From the NCBI GenBank assembly GCA_965219455.1, contig OZ244744.1:4832001-4896000 (forward strand): DNA of 64,000 nt, written 5' to 3'. The notes below the pieces were generated by a model that did not search any database, was not told where the DNA came from, and was given only the letters and a program-made list of their open reading frames with translations. This stretch comes from Candidatus Latescibacterota bacterium (lineage in GTDB: Bacteria > Latescibacterota > UBA2968 > GCA-2709665). Shown here one piece after another: positions 38,879 through 48,842 of this stretch. Made by a program: the position numbers and the translations under genes. Position 1 is the stretch's first letter, and each line of letters opens with the position of its first letter.

Positions 38879-40057
38879 ATGTATCGCATCGGCGATCCGG
38901 AACTCAGGCGTGTCGAGCGGTTGTTCAGGGACGGAGGCATTTTTCGGTACGGACGAACTGGAGAATGCGACCGGTTCGAGGCCAGTTGGGCAAAGCACCT
39001 GGGCGTTAAGTACGCCAGGATGACCACGAGCGGTACGTCGGCGTTATATTGCGCGCTGGTGGGATTGAAGGTGGGTCCCGGTGACGAAGTCATTGTCCCT
39101 GCCTGTACATATATGGCCACCGCGCTGGCGGTGCTGGCGGCAGGCGCGATTCCCGTTGTGGCCGACGTGGACGATTCGATCACGCTCTCCGCGGGAGACG
39201 TGGAGCGCCGGCTGTCGCCCCACACAAGGGCGATCGTTCCCGTGCATATGTGGGGCCTGCCGTGCAACATGAAGGCGCTGATGCGCATTGCGCGCAGGCA
39301 CAAACTGCTTGTGCTCGAGGATGCGTGCCAGGCCGTGGGCGGCGCTTACGAAGGCAGGATGCTGGGTTCGATCGGACACGCGGGCGCCTTCAGTTTCAAC
39401 TTCTACAAGAATATTTCGAGCGGCGAAGGCGGCGCATTCGTGACAGGCAACAAGACGGTTTTCGGACGCGCATCCGTCGCCTCGGATTGCTGTTCGTACT
39501 ATTGGAATCCTGGCCAGAAGAAGGAGGACGAGCAGTTTGCGGGACTTAACTTCAGGGCCCCGGAAGTTTCAGGTGCGATTCTGAATGCCCAGTTGCGGCG
39601 CCTCGATGGGATGCTGGAGAAGATGGGCGCCCACAAACGGCAGTTGTTGGAGGTCGGGGAGACCGCGGGGTTGACCTCCATCGTTAACAACAGTCTGTCG
39701 TATGAGTGTGGCAGCCATCTGGGGTTTATTTTTCCAAACGAGGAAGCGGCGAGGGCTTTCGCAGACGGTCTGCGCAGAAACCGCACCGGCGGATTCCTGC
39801 CCATCGATACGGGACGCCATGTCTATACCCGGTGGGATCCGATTATGAGAAAGCAGGGGGCGCATCACCCCGATATGAATCCTTACAACTTTCCGGCGAA
39901 TCGGAAGTTGAACGTGACGTATTCGATGGATATGTGCAGGGATTCCCTCGATATACTCAGCAGGGTGGTAATGGTATCGATGCATCCCGACAATACGCAG
40001 GTCCGCGTTCGAGAGATGGCGGAAGCGATCAGGAAGGCGGCCGAGGCGTCCCGTTGA
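38879..40057 (+). CDS. DegT/DnrJ/EryC1/StrS family PLP aminotransferase
   Basis: SGTSAL, GPGDEVIVP, VHMWG, EDACQA, FSFNFYKNISSGEGG. Confidence 0.9.
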   Translation: MYRIGDPELRRVERLFRDGGIFRYGRTGECDRFEASWAKHLGVKYARMTTSGTSALYCALVGLKVGPGDEVIVPACTYMATALAVLAAGAIPVVADVDDSITLSAGDVERRLSPHTRAIVPVHMWGLPCNMKALMRIARRHKLLVLEDACQAVGGAYEGRMLGSIGHAGAFSFNFYKNISSGEGGAFVTGNKTVFGRASVASDCCSYYWNPGQKKEDEQFAGLNFRAPEVSGAILNAQLRRLDGMLEKMGAHKRQLLEVGETAGLTSIVNNSLSYECGSHLGFIFPNEEAARAFADGLRRNRTGGFLPIDTGRHVYTRWDPIMRKQGAHHPDMNPYNFPANRKLNVTYSMDMCRDSLDILSRVVMVSMHPDNTQVRVREMAEAIRKAAEASR

Positions 40058-40158
40058 ACCGCATACTGCAGCGGCGTCCGGCAAGTGGGTGCAGCCGTTG
40101 AAAGGCGGCGTATCCTCCTGATGGCGCCGCGTCAAATGAGCAGTCGAGGAGGGGAATC

Positions 40159-41115
40159 ATGAAGGCGGCATGGGACTGGCATCTGCCGGTAAGAACGGCG
40201 GCACAGCAGCGGGAAATTGTGGAATTCACGCGCGATCTGGGTTTCGATACCCTGATCGTGCGCGAACCAACGGAGGTGATGGCGCGCCGGGGCGTGGAGT
40301 TGGGGGTCAGGGTTGTCGCCGTCGTGTACGCCCGGCCCTCTGACGTGTTTGCCAAAGCGCATCCGGAATGTCTTCAGCGGCTGCTGCCCGCCGAGGAGGA
40401 GATTGCCCGGCTCGAAGGACAGGATACACCCGCCAATTTCCAGCTGTTGTCGCACCGGTGGTTTTCCATCGTGCAGGACGACGCGACGCTGTGCTTCGAG
40501 CACGAGGCTTCAAGGTCGTTTCTGAAGGAGCGGGTGACCACGGCGCTGGAAATCGCGGACGGCGTGTCGTTCGACGGGTTCGGTTTCCGGAACCACTATG
40601 CGTGCTTCTGCGATCGATGCGTCGCTACCCGTAAGGCGATGGCCGTTGAGCAGAACGGGGCGCATGAACCCGAATGGGTCGCACGGATGTCAGAGACGAG
40701 TCTGGTGACGGTTTCCGACGTCCTGTATGAACACGCAAAGGCAATCAAACCGAATGCGATTGTGACCAACCACGTCTGGCCGCCGTTTTACCCCAACGAA
40801 TATTACGGAAACAGGTTGCGGCTGGATTATTGTACACAGACGATTTCCTGGTTCTATACGCCGCACTGGAGCCTGCGCCGCGTGGAATTCGAGACGGCGG
40901 AGATGAAGCGGCTCGAGGATCCGGGACGGAACACGTTTGTGCCGTTTATCGGACTCTATTCGGATCCGTATCTGGTTCGTTCGCCCGAGCGGGTGCGGGC
41001 GGAATTCGAGATCGCTGGCAGGTACGTCGACGGCCACGTCGTGTTGTGCAATCTGGAAACGCCGAGGCTGCATCCCGAAATCGCGGTGGTCGTCAAAGAC
41101 GCACTGGGACAGTGA
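40159..41115 (+). CDS. Hypothetical protein, possible glycoside-hydrolase-like TIM barrel with CxCxxC
   Basis: Good RBS GAGGAGG; ADGVSFDG..ACFCDRC pattern. Confidence 0.6.
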   Translation: MKAAWDWHLPVRTAAQQREIVEFTRDLGFDTLIVREPTEVMARRGVELGVRVVAVVYARPSDVFAKAHPECLQRLLPAEEEIARLEGQDTPANFQLLSHRWFSIVQDDATLCFEHEASRSFLKERVTTALEIADGVSFDGFGFRNHYACFCDRCVATRKAMAVEQNGAHEPEWVARMSETSLVTVSDVLYEHAKAIKPNAIVTNHVWPPFYPNEYYGNRLRLDYCTQTISWFYTPHWSLRRVEFETAEMKRLEDPGRNTFVPFIGLYSDPYLVRSPERVRAEFEIAGRYVDGHVVLCNLETPRLHPEIAVVVKDALGQ

Positions 41116-41210
41116 GACCGCGTGGCATGAACGTCAAGACGCGGCAATCTGCGCGTTTCCCGCGAGTTCCGTAACCACTGGCACAGGCGCCGCCCCCAAA
41201 CCCCTCCAGG

Positions 41211-43016
41211 TTATTTCAATTGAATTTTCGGAAGATACGTTTTGAGATAGGTGCGTTTCCACCATTCGCCTGTCCGGCTTTCTTCATCCGGGGTTGTGAA
41301 GCGATAGTCGTACAGTTGCGCCCGCAAGTACCGTGGGGGGCTGTTGGGAAACGGATTCCGGGCAAGAAGGTCGGTCACCGCCGGCGACCCTTCGAGCAGC
41401 CGGAGACAGAGGTGGGCGAACCAGGGACTCTGCCGGTAGTGGCCGAGCGCGGCGAACCACATCTGCCAGTCCAACCGGGGCTGGTGCGGCGCCACAACCG
41501 GGGGCCGTCCGGCCGGCGCGCCGGGTTTGTAGCGAAATTCGTAGGGTAGCCAGGTTTTGCCGTCCCTGCTGCCTTCGAGGATGATTTCCGGTCTCCGCGT
41601 GGTCATCACCTGGAAAAGACCGTAGTTGTTCACGATATGGTAAGGGGCCACCGCCCGGTTGAGAGCGACCAGGGCGTGGGGCCAGGGCGGTTTCAGGCGC
41701 AGGCTGAAACTGCACAGGTACACGAGGCTCAGGATCACGACGAAAACGGCAAGCGGTACCGCCGCCAGCCGTTGGATGCGTTGTAGGGTCCGATTTCCCG
41801 GTTCGGAGCCGGAAAAAAGGGCTCTGAGGCGTTTCGGCCACGATACGTCGTCGATCAGCCAGAGACAGAGGGCCGCCGCGAGCAGGTTGAAATAGGTATA
41901 GTTGCCGGTGAGCGCAATACCGAACTGCAGGCCGGCCAGCATCACACAGGCTGCGGTCCGGAGCCGTCGAGGCGCGAAGATGAAGAAGGGCGCCACCAGT
42001 TCAACGAAGAACATCGCGGCCGCGGAAACGACGTGGACGCCTTCCGGCAGATGATGGGCGTACCAGGCCAGGGGATTGGGAAGGGGTTGTGTCTGGTAGT
42101 GATAGGTGAGTGCGCTGAGGTCGCGCCAGGTCGCGTCGCCACTCGTGAGTTTGACAACGCCGGAGGCGAACATGAAGCGAAAGAGCAGCCAGCGATAAAG
42201 CCAGGCAACGAGTCGTGCGGGCACAATGGCGCCGCGTCTCGCCGGAAGTTTCCAGGGTGCGAGAAACACGGCCAGCAGACCGGCTTCGAGGAGCAGGACG
42301 TCCCATTGAAAGGATAGAAAGGGGCCGCCGGCCGTGACGATGGAAAGATAGGCCGTCCAGAGCAACAGAAAGGCGAGGCCGGAGGCGGGAACGAGCACGG
42401 CGCCGAGCGCGAGCAGCGTGCCGGCGCCGCAGAGGAAGTGGAGAAACATGTCGCTCTGGTCGAACCAGAACAGGGTGGGGTACCGGAGCGGGTGGCCATC
42501 TTCCGCGGCAAGACGAATGGATTCGCCGATCGGCAGGATACCCCGGGTGCCGATAAGGCCATGCGCCTGCACCCAGAACGATAGAAAAGCGATCAGGTAA
42601 ATAACGGCCAGGGCGCGTAGGAACAGGTCGGCGGACGTCCGATACGCGGGTCGGCGGAGGTCCTGTCCCCACAGCCACCGCGTAACCGTTGACACCGTTT
42701 TCCGGTTGCGGGCGACCAGCCGGTAGCCGGCTTCCACGCCCCCGGCGAACCCGGGCAGCCGGCGGTAACACCACCACAACAGCTTCCCCGCCGGCCCCGT
42801 GAACGCGAGCAGACAGAGAGCGGCCCTGGCGCCGCTGTAGACTTCGCCGTCCGGCCGGATCCACTGGACGGCGTTTTCAAATTGCTCCGGGGATATGTGC
42901 GGAAATCGGTGGGCAACCTCTTGGGAAGCCGCGAAATCAACCCGATCACCGGTGGCGGCGCGAATGCGGTCCACCCACCGCGTGCAGAAGCCGCAGTTGC
43001 CATCGTACACAAACAT
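41211..43016 (-). CDS. DCC1-like thiol-disulfide oxidoreductase fused to lipase maturation factor (LMF) domain
   Basis: YDGNCGFC; FQWDVLLLEAG, SGVVKL, HYQTQPLP, TGNY..FN, PHQPRLDWQMWFAAL. Confidence 0.88.
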   Translation of the reverse strand: MFVYDGNCGFCTRWVDRIRAATGDRVDFAASQEVAHRFPHISPEQFENAVQWIRPDGEVYSGARAALCLLAFTGPAGKLLWWCYRRLPGFAGGVEAGYRLVARNRKTVSTVTRWLWGQDLRRPAYRTSADLFLRALAVIYLIAFLSFWVQAHGLIGTRGILPIGESIRLAAEDGHPLRYPTLFWFDQSDMFLHFLCGAGTLLALGAVLVPASGLAFLLLWTAYLSIVTAGGPFLSFQWDVLLLEAGLLAVFLAPWKLPARRGAIVPARLVAWLYRWLLFRFMFASGVVKLTSGDATWRDLSALTYHYQTQPLPNPLAWYAHHLPEGVHVVSAAAMFFVELVAPFFIFAPRRLRTAACVMLAGLQFGIALTGNYTYFNLLAAALCLWLIDDVSWPKRLRALFSGSEPGNRTLQRIQRLAAVPLAVFVVILSLVYLCSFSLRLKPPWPHALVALNRAVAPYHIVNNYGLFQVMTTRRPEIILEGSRDGKTWLPYEFRYKPGAPAGRPPVVAPHQPRLDWQMWFAALGHYRQSPWFAHLCLRLLEGSPAVTDLLARNPFPNSPPRYLRAQLYDYRFTTPDEESRTGEWWKRTYLKTYLPKIQLK

Positions 43017-43020
43017 TCGA

Positions 43021-43734
43021 TTACCGGACGAAACTGGCGATGAGTCCGAGGAAACCGCCGAATACGCCGCCCCAGACCACGAGCCAGCCAAGGTGTTCGC
43101 GGATCATCTCCTGCACGATCTGCTTGACCATTTCGGGTGTGAGTTCGTCCAGCCGGCGGGTCACGATGGTGTCCGCCCTGGCCACCAGGGCTTCCCCGGC
43201 GTAAGCGCTTTTCAGGCCGGACATGATTGCGTCTTTGAAGGAGTGAGAAAGCAGCATATCTCGGAGTTCGTCCTTCATCTTGATCTTGAAGGGGTCCCGG
43301 AGCGGTTCCAGCGCTCTGGCGCCGCCCACGATTCCTAGCATGCCGCCAAACGGAGACGCGAGCACGACGTCCACGAAACCGGCGTAGATGCGATCATAGT
43401 CAACGGCGTCGACGACGGGGTCAGGGTTGAACGGTTCTCCTTTGTGAGGCGCCTCCATGGCGAGAAATTCCTCCACCTTCTCCCGGGTGAAGAATTGTTC
43501 CATAATGAGCTTTCGAATGCCGGTTTTGAATTCTTCGAAACGTTCGGGAACCACGCCGGAGCCGTAAAGGCCGGGTACTTTTTCGAAGAGCATATGTACG
43601 GCCAGCCAGTTCGTAAAAGCGCCCGACGTCGCGAACAGCCCAACGGCCAGGATTTGATCCCGATATACCGGACTGAGTGCGCCGGCGCCAATGAGCCCCA
43701 GTGATATGAGGTTTGTCAGCAGGCTTTTGTTCAT
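43021..43734 (-). CDS. DUF445 family membrane protein
   Basis: MNKSLLTN, TNWLAVHMLFEKVPGLYGSG, EHLGWLVVWGGVFGG. Confidence 0.85.
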   Translation of the reverse strand: MNKSLLTNLISLGLIGAGALSPVYRDQILAVGLFATSGAFTNWLAVHMLFEKVPGLYGSGVVPERFEEFKTGIRKLIMEQFFTREKVEEFLAMEAPHKGEPFNPDPVVDAVDYDRIYAGFVDVVLASPFGGMLGIVGGARALEPLRDPFKIKMKDELRDMLLSHSFKDAIMSGLKSAYAGEALVARADTIVTRRLDELTPEMVKQIVQEMIREHLGWLVVWGGVFGGFLGLIASFVR

Positions 43735-43742
43735 AGAGTCAG

Positions 43743-43774
43743 ACTTACATGGATAGACAGGATAGTCAGGATAA
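43743..43774 (-). repeat. ATCCTG-periodic dispersed repeat, copy B
   Basis: Reverse complement TTATCCTGACTATCCTGTCTATCCATGTAAGT matches copy A. Confidence 0.75.
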
Positions 43775-44050
43775 GAGCCAAGAGCAGGGCAAATGCTCAC
43801 TCTTCCGTGCCAAAGTGATGAATCCTTACCTTTGTTGTGCAACGGTCGAGTCCCGGATCATTGCACTGGAGGCCGGGACGATGTGGCGTTGAATTACGTT
43901 TTTCGAGATTAAATCTACATATATAGAAATCTTACTTTAATTTTATTTAAGATATATTGAATAATACAAAATACGCTGCCCGCCGCCTGCCGGACAGGCA
44001 GACAGGTGATACCCGTGGTTTGTCAAGACGGTTACGAATCTGGTGTGAAG

Positions 44051-44076
44051 GTGGGGCAGACATTCCTGTCTGCCGC
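44051..44076. repeat. REP-like palindrome / possible terminator
   Basis: GGCAGACA-TTCC-TGTCTGCC perfect 8-bp stem downstream of the minus-strand GT4 gene. Confidence 0.45.
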
Positions 44077-44168
44077 TTTCATTAATCGATCCTGCGATGA
44101 CACTCTCTTACCACCACCGTAATATCTCTCAATCGACAGCGCCCGTTGCCGCGCATCCCGCGGGTTTT

Positions 44169-45257
44169 TCAGGATGGTCCCGTAAAGGCCGCCAGATATT
44201 GCACGGTGGCCTTCTCCCAGGAGTATTCACGCCGCACAAAGGCCCGGACCCGCGTCCTCACACAGTCTTTATCTTCTGCGGGGAGGTCCACGTACCGGTG
44301 GATCTGTTCGACAAAAGCGGCATAGTCCCCGGGCGAGACACGGAAGCCGCCGTCGCGCAGGCTCTCGCCCAGGGCATCCACGTTGAAATAGACCACGGGA
44401 AGGCCTGCGTACAGACACTCCAGAGGGGCGATGCCGAAGCCTTCCGCGTCGTGGCGAAGATGGATATTGGGCATCAGGAAGAGTTGCGCCTCCCGCCGAA
44501 GCATGGCCACCGTGGAATCGTCCAACCTGCCGAGCGTAAAGACGCGGTCCCCCAGATTCCGGGATTCGACGGCGGCAGTAATGCGATCCTGCGTGGGTCC
44601 GCTTCCGCTGATGAACAGGCAAATATCTTTCCTCATCAGGGGCATGCCGTTTTCGATGAACTCGACCATTCCCTTCCGTCGAACCTGCCGCCCGTAGTTC
44701 AGCAAAAAAGGGCGTTCTTCCAGGCGAAGGCCGTGCGCCTGTTCAAAGCGGTCTCTCAGGCGCCGGTGCTCCGCTTCGGAAGGGATGACGGCGTTAATGC
44801 CCTGATAAATGACGCGCGTTTTTTCCGCTGGCAGGCCGCTTCGGGAGGCAAGCGCCGCCGTTGCTCGGCTGACCATAACGGCCCGGTCGCAGGTCCGGGC
44901 GCCCGCCCGCATGAGACGGCCGAAGAAAGCGCGCCGGAATGTCAACTCGGCGCCGTGGATGGTCACCGTGAACCACGCCGGCGTGAAGGGGCGCAGAAAC
45001 GGCGCGAGGGCGGCGGTAACCCCGTCCATAAAGAAAATGACGTTGGGACGGCGGCGGAGAATGTGGAACACGGCGGCGCAGAACGCATAGGGCATGAACC
45101 AGGCCAGGTGATAGATCGGTTCTTTGCCAAGGGCGATAAGCGTTACGGGACACCGTTGGCGAAGCCTCGTATGGAGTTCCTTCGCATAGGTCTGAATGCC
45201 GCCCACCGAAGGTGGATAACGCCTGGCGAGAAAGAGGATGCGTGGGCTGGGAATCAT
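44169..45257 (-). CDS. Glycosyltransferase family 4
   Basis: YPP.VGG, GRQVRRKG, DAEGFGIAPLE. Confidence 0.87.
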   Translation of the reverse strand: MIPSPRILFLARRYPPSVGGIQTYAKELHTRLRQRCPVTLIALGKEPIYHLAWFMPYAFCAAVFHILRRRPNVIFFMDGVTAALAPFLRPFTPAWFTVTIHGAELTFRRAFFGRLMRAGARTCDRAVMVSRATAALASRSGLPAEKTRVIYQGINAVIPSEAEHRRLRDRFEQAHGLRLEERPFLLNYGRQVRRKGMVEFIENGMPLMRKDICLFISGSGPTQDRITAAVESRNLGDRVFTLGRLDDSTVAMLRREAQLFLMPNIHLRHDAEGFGIAPLECLYAGLPVVYFNVDALGESLRDGGFRVSPGDYAAFVEQIHRYVDLPAEDKDCVRTRVRAFVRREYSWEKATVQYLAAFTGPS

Positions 45258-45484
45258 TGGCGGTCCGCGGTCGACAGTTTACGTCCAGCCGAATCAGGCC
45301 TAAAGCATACATTATAACTGTCCTATTATATGCGCCTTATGCGGTGCGTTGCAAGAAGTATTAGAGGAGGGCGCGGCCGTCGGGTGTCGAATTTCCGATG
45401 CGCCGCATCTGCACTTCGAACCGGCATTTCGCGATCGCCCGCCCGCCCGCGGCCTGGTCCGCACCCGATGGGGTTTTTTGTGCT

Positions 45485-45513
45485 TTGACAGCTCCGGCGC
45501 ACACGGGTATCTT
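45485..45513 (+). promoter_or_regulatory. Putative sigma70 promoter
   Basis: TTGACA-17 bp-TATCTT upstream of the 45659 gene. Confidence 0.6.
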
Positions 45514-45658
45514 GTGATCGAGCCGGAAGCATGAAGCCTGTAAACGCGTTGATGTTTCTGTAGATTCCAGGTCGTTATCCCCGGCGTCGGGTTGGACGCG
45601 GCATCGGGCACGCCGGTTTCAACGATTGCCGAACTCGATCACAACGGAGAGTGGCAGG

Positions 45659-46681
45659 ATGAATTCAGACACACAGGGACTGGACAGAGGCGAGCGAGCC
45701 ACGGACTTCGTGCTTCCCCTGGCGCCGGATGGCACGCCGACCCGGTTCTATTCGAGGGCGGGCGGCGCCCCCGCGGTGCTTGTGTTTTCGGGCGCCTGCG
45801 ACGAACGCCTGGCGGGCTTTTCGGCCGCCCTGGACAAACGGAATGTGGACATCCTGGCCGTGGTGGCTTCCGGGGCGGCGCAGACGCCGCGGTGGCCCCA
45901 TCCGGTTTTTGTGGATGCGAAAGGCGTGGTTCGTTCCGCGTATCGGATCGGGGATTCGGGAGCATCCGTCGTGTTGGTGCTGGATGCGAATCTGCGTGTG
46001 CTCGCGTCGGTTGTTCTGGATGACGCCCCGAACGCCGCACGGAAGGTGCGGAACGTATTGGATTCAAACCAGGCCGAACCCGAACCCAGGGTGGTTGACA
46101 CGCAGGCCCCCGTGCTATTGATTCCCAATGTACTGGATCCCGAGATCTGCCATTTTCTGATGCAGGTGTGGGAAAACAGAGGCAACGTGGAAACCGGCGT
46201 GGAGCAGTCTCAAAGTACGGGTCGGGGAGAGCGGATCGACGTGGAACAAAAAAGCCGCAGGGACCATACCGTAAACGACGACAAACTGGTGAGGTTGCTG
46301 TCCTCCACCGTCGGGCGACGGGTGATGCCTGAGGTGCAGCGGTCGTTTGCGTACCGCGCCACACGATTTGAAGGGTTCAAAATAGCCCGTTACGACGCCG
46401 CGTCCGGCGGTTTTTTTCACGCGCATCGGGACAATCTGAGCCCGTCGACCGCTCACAGGCGGTTTGCGCTCACGTTGAACCTGAACGAACAGTACAGGGG
46501 TGGATACCTTCGTTTTCCGGAGTTCGGCCCCCATCTCTACGGACCCCGGGCCGGCGGCGCGGTGGTATTTTCCTGTTCGCATCTGCACGAGGTCACCCAG
46601 GTGACGTCGGGGATGCGGTTCACCCTGCTTTCCTTCCTTTTCGGAGAGGAGGAAACGCGATCTCCGCGACAAACTCGCTGA
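45659..46681 (+). CDS. Redoxin-like N-terminal domain fused to 2OG-Fe(II) oxygenase
   Basis: GERATDFVLP (AhpC/TSA-like start); HRDN, GGYLRFPE, HLHEV..V..G.R. Confidence 0.8.
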   Translation: MNSDTQGLDRGERATDFVLPLAPDGTPTRFYSRAGGAPAVLVFSGACDERLAGFSAALDKRNVDILAVVASGAAQTPRWPHPVFVDAKGVVRSAYRIGDSGASVVLVLDANLRVLASVVLDDAPNAARKVRNVLDSNQAEPEPRVVDTQAPVLLIPNVLDPEICHFLMQVWENRGNVETGVEQSQSTGRGERIDVEQKSRRDHTVNDDKLVRLLSSTVGRRVMPEVQRSFAYRATRFEGFKIARYDAASGGFFHAHRDNLSPSTAHRRFALTLNLNEQYRGGYLRFPEFGPHLYGPRAGGAVVFSCSHLHEVTQVTSGMRFTLLSFLFGEEETRSPRQTR

Positions 46682-46705
46682 AAAGACGCAACCCGGCAGT
46701 GCGCA

Positions 46706-48625
46706 TCACCACGTATGTACCATTTTTCCATCGCCCGGGAACCAGATCGCATCGGTGAGCGTCGAGATGCCCACGCCGAGGGTATAGCCGATGAGCAGGC
46801 CCACAAAAAAGGGTTGGAAATTGCGGTAGAGCGCGATACCGCCGATCCGAAGCACAAGGGACTTGAAAGCCCACACGAGAAAAACCGTGAAGGCGGTAAC
46901 CCTTACCGGGAACGCGTAACCGACCGTGAAGCCGATGGGGTGCAGCGGCCACCACGGAAAACGCAGCCTGAGCATTCCCAGTAGAAGCGTGCCCGCGGCG
47001 CCGGCGGCCAGAAAGGCGAGTTCCGTTCCGGTGAACGTGGGCGCGGCGCCGGCCCATGTGACCACGCGGTCGAACATTCGGAGGCCATACCCTCCGAAGA
47101 CGTAGACGTGTCGGATGTTGGCCGCGCCGGTCGCGCTGTAACAGAGGTTCAGGGTGTAAGCGATAGACGCGACGAAGCCGACCACGAAGGCCGCACAGAG
47201 CGCCGCGGTCATACGGAAGCGATTCCAGCGAAAGCTGTGGTGGATGCGAGCGACGTGTACCAGCGAGGGCAGGATATATTGCCGGTGACTCTCAACGGCG
47301 TTGGCTGCAAGGGCCAGACCCACGTGATCGGCGGTCTGTACCTTCGTGCTCAGTATTGCGGCGGTCAGCGCCTGGGTACGCTGCGGCGTTTCGATGTAGA
47401 CCAGGCCGGTTTCGGCGACGATCTTGGACAGGCCCAGAAAGAAGATGAGCAACAGGCCGAGCTGGACCGTGACCGCGAGGATGGAGATGCCCAGCGCGTG
47501 CAGCCACCCTGCGGCATAGACCAGGGACACGATCAGACCGATTACGGCGGCGCGGTAGGACAGCAGTTCGTCCGCATCGTCGAGTTCCGGACGCGGCCGC
47601 CAGGCGCTGCGGAAGACGTTGGCAATATGGGATCGGGCCATATAAAGGCCCAGGAGAACGAGCGCCACGAAGCCGCCCGCCTGCTGCAGAAGAACGCCGC
47701 CGTGGTATTCGCTGCTGACGATAATGCCAAGACGGTTGGTCAGGCCGATCTCAAAGAGCGATAGCAGATGAAAGACCCATACGGATAACAGCACCTCCAG
47801 GTTCGTGAGATAACCGAACGCGGCGACCACGAAATTGAATTTTATCTGCAGCGGCGGGAAGTCGTGGCCGAAGGTGAGGGCGCTCGAATACGTGGGGCCG
47901 AGTGGAATGTAGGGCACGCGGTGAGAGAACCGGGGCAGCACGTTCCACGCGAGAACGAAAATGCCGATCCCGAATCCGGTCCAGAAACGCCGGTTGTTGA
48001 AGAGCGGGATGGCGCCCGACCGGGGATCGGATATCATCATCAGCGGCAGCCGGGCCAGAGGAAAGACGATCCGTTCGTGTTCCACCCACTGCTTGCGGAG
48101 GATCACGGCGATGCTGAGGCAGGCGAAAAAGAGCGCGAAGAGCAGGGTGAACCACCAGAAGAGAGGCGCCAGCCAGACCTCCCATGGGACGGTCTGGCCT
48201 CTTGGCAGCCCTTCCCACAGGTGGGTGATGGCGCCGTTCAGGTTGCCGGGGACGGACCAGGGCCGCAGGTGTTCGATGACGAACTCACCCCATCGGTTTT
48301 CGGGTGTCGCCTTATAGTACGGCGTGGCGAGGACGGCGATCAGGCGGCCTGCGACGTTTTTTGTGGGAAATGCGCTCCCGATGAAGCCCATACAGAGGAC
48401 GAGACCGAGTTCCTGGCCGTTCAGGGTCCAACGCGGCCGGACGTTCTGAAGGACCCGGTTGGTCAGGAAGAGGAGCAGGAACGGCAGCCAGAGGGACATG
48501 GGCAGGTGGCCCAGGGAGACGCGGGAGGCGCGCAGGCGGTAGGTGGTGTCTGTCGCGAAGAGGCAGATGACAACGGTAAGCGCAAGGCCGATGAGGATGG
48601 ACCGGCGGCTGACAGTCTGTGCCAT
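46706..48625 (-). CDS. Large polytopic membrane protein (DUF6785/DUF6784-like, putative transporter)
   Basis: Many TM helices; ATPENRW, RKQWVEHER..FPL, WWPLHPIG, PFFVGL. Confidence 0.75.
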   Translation of the reverse strand: MAQTVSRRSILIGLALTVVICLFATDTTYRLRASRVSLGHLPMSLWLPFLLLFLTNRVLQNVRPRWTLNGQELGLVLCMGFIGSAFPTKNVAGRLIAVLATPYYKATPENRWGEFVIEHLRPWSVPGNLNGAITHLWEGLPRGQTVPWEVWLAPLFWWFTLLFALFFACLSIAVILRKQWVEHERIVFPLARLPLMMISDPRSGAIPLFNNRRFWTGFGIGIFVLAWNVLPRFSHRVPYIPLGPTYSSALTFGHDFPPLQIKFNFVVAAFGYLTNLEVLLSVWVFHLLSLFEIGLTNRLGIIVSSEYHGGVLLQQAGGFVALVLLGLYMARSHIANVFRSAWRPRPELDDADELLSYRAAVIGLIVSLVYAAGWLHALGISILAVTVQLGLLLIFFLGLSKIVAETGLVYIETPQRTQALTAAILSTKVQTADHVGLALAANAVESHRQYILPSLVHVARIHHSFRWNRFRMTAALCAAFVVGFVASIAYTLNLCYSATGAANIRHVYVFGGYGLRMFDRVVTWAGAAPTFTGTELAFLAAGAAGTLLLGMLRLRFPWWPLHPIGFTVGYAFPVRVTAFTVFLVWAFKSLVLRIGGIALYRNFQPFFVGLLIGYTLGVGISTLTDAIWFPGDGKMVHTW

Positions 48626-48731
48626 GGAATGGGATCCGGGCTTCTGCGCGAGGTTGGAAGGACGGGCGGATGGGGCGATTGACATCGGGAATCGACGCCG
48701 GGCTGTTGCGCGCGGGGCCCAGAGTGGCGAT

Positions 48732-48760
48732 AATATGAAGCGTATGGGCTGCCGTGTCAA
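48732..48760 (-). promoter_or_regulatory. Putative sigma70 promoter for DUF6785-like gene
   Basis: Minus strand TTGACA-17 bp-CATATT. Confidence 0.4.
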
Positions 48761-48842
48761 CGGATGAATAGCCCGTCTTTCTCACGTTCCTTTCCGCCTG
48801 CAGCCAGTGGCCTGCGGGCGGGTGCGGTCCGCCGGAGGGCGT

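Noticed and set aside
43017-43091. Extended N-terminus of the DCC1-LMF ORF
   Set aside because: It overlaps the DUF445 gene; the ATG at 43016 directly precedes the DxxCxxC motif.
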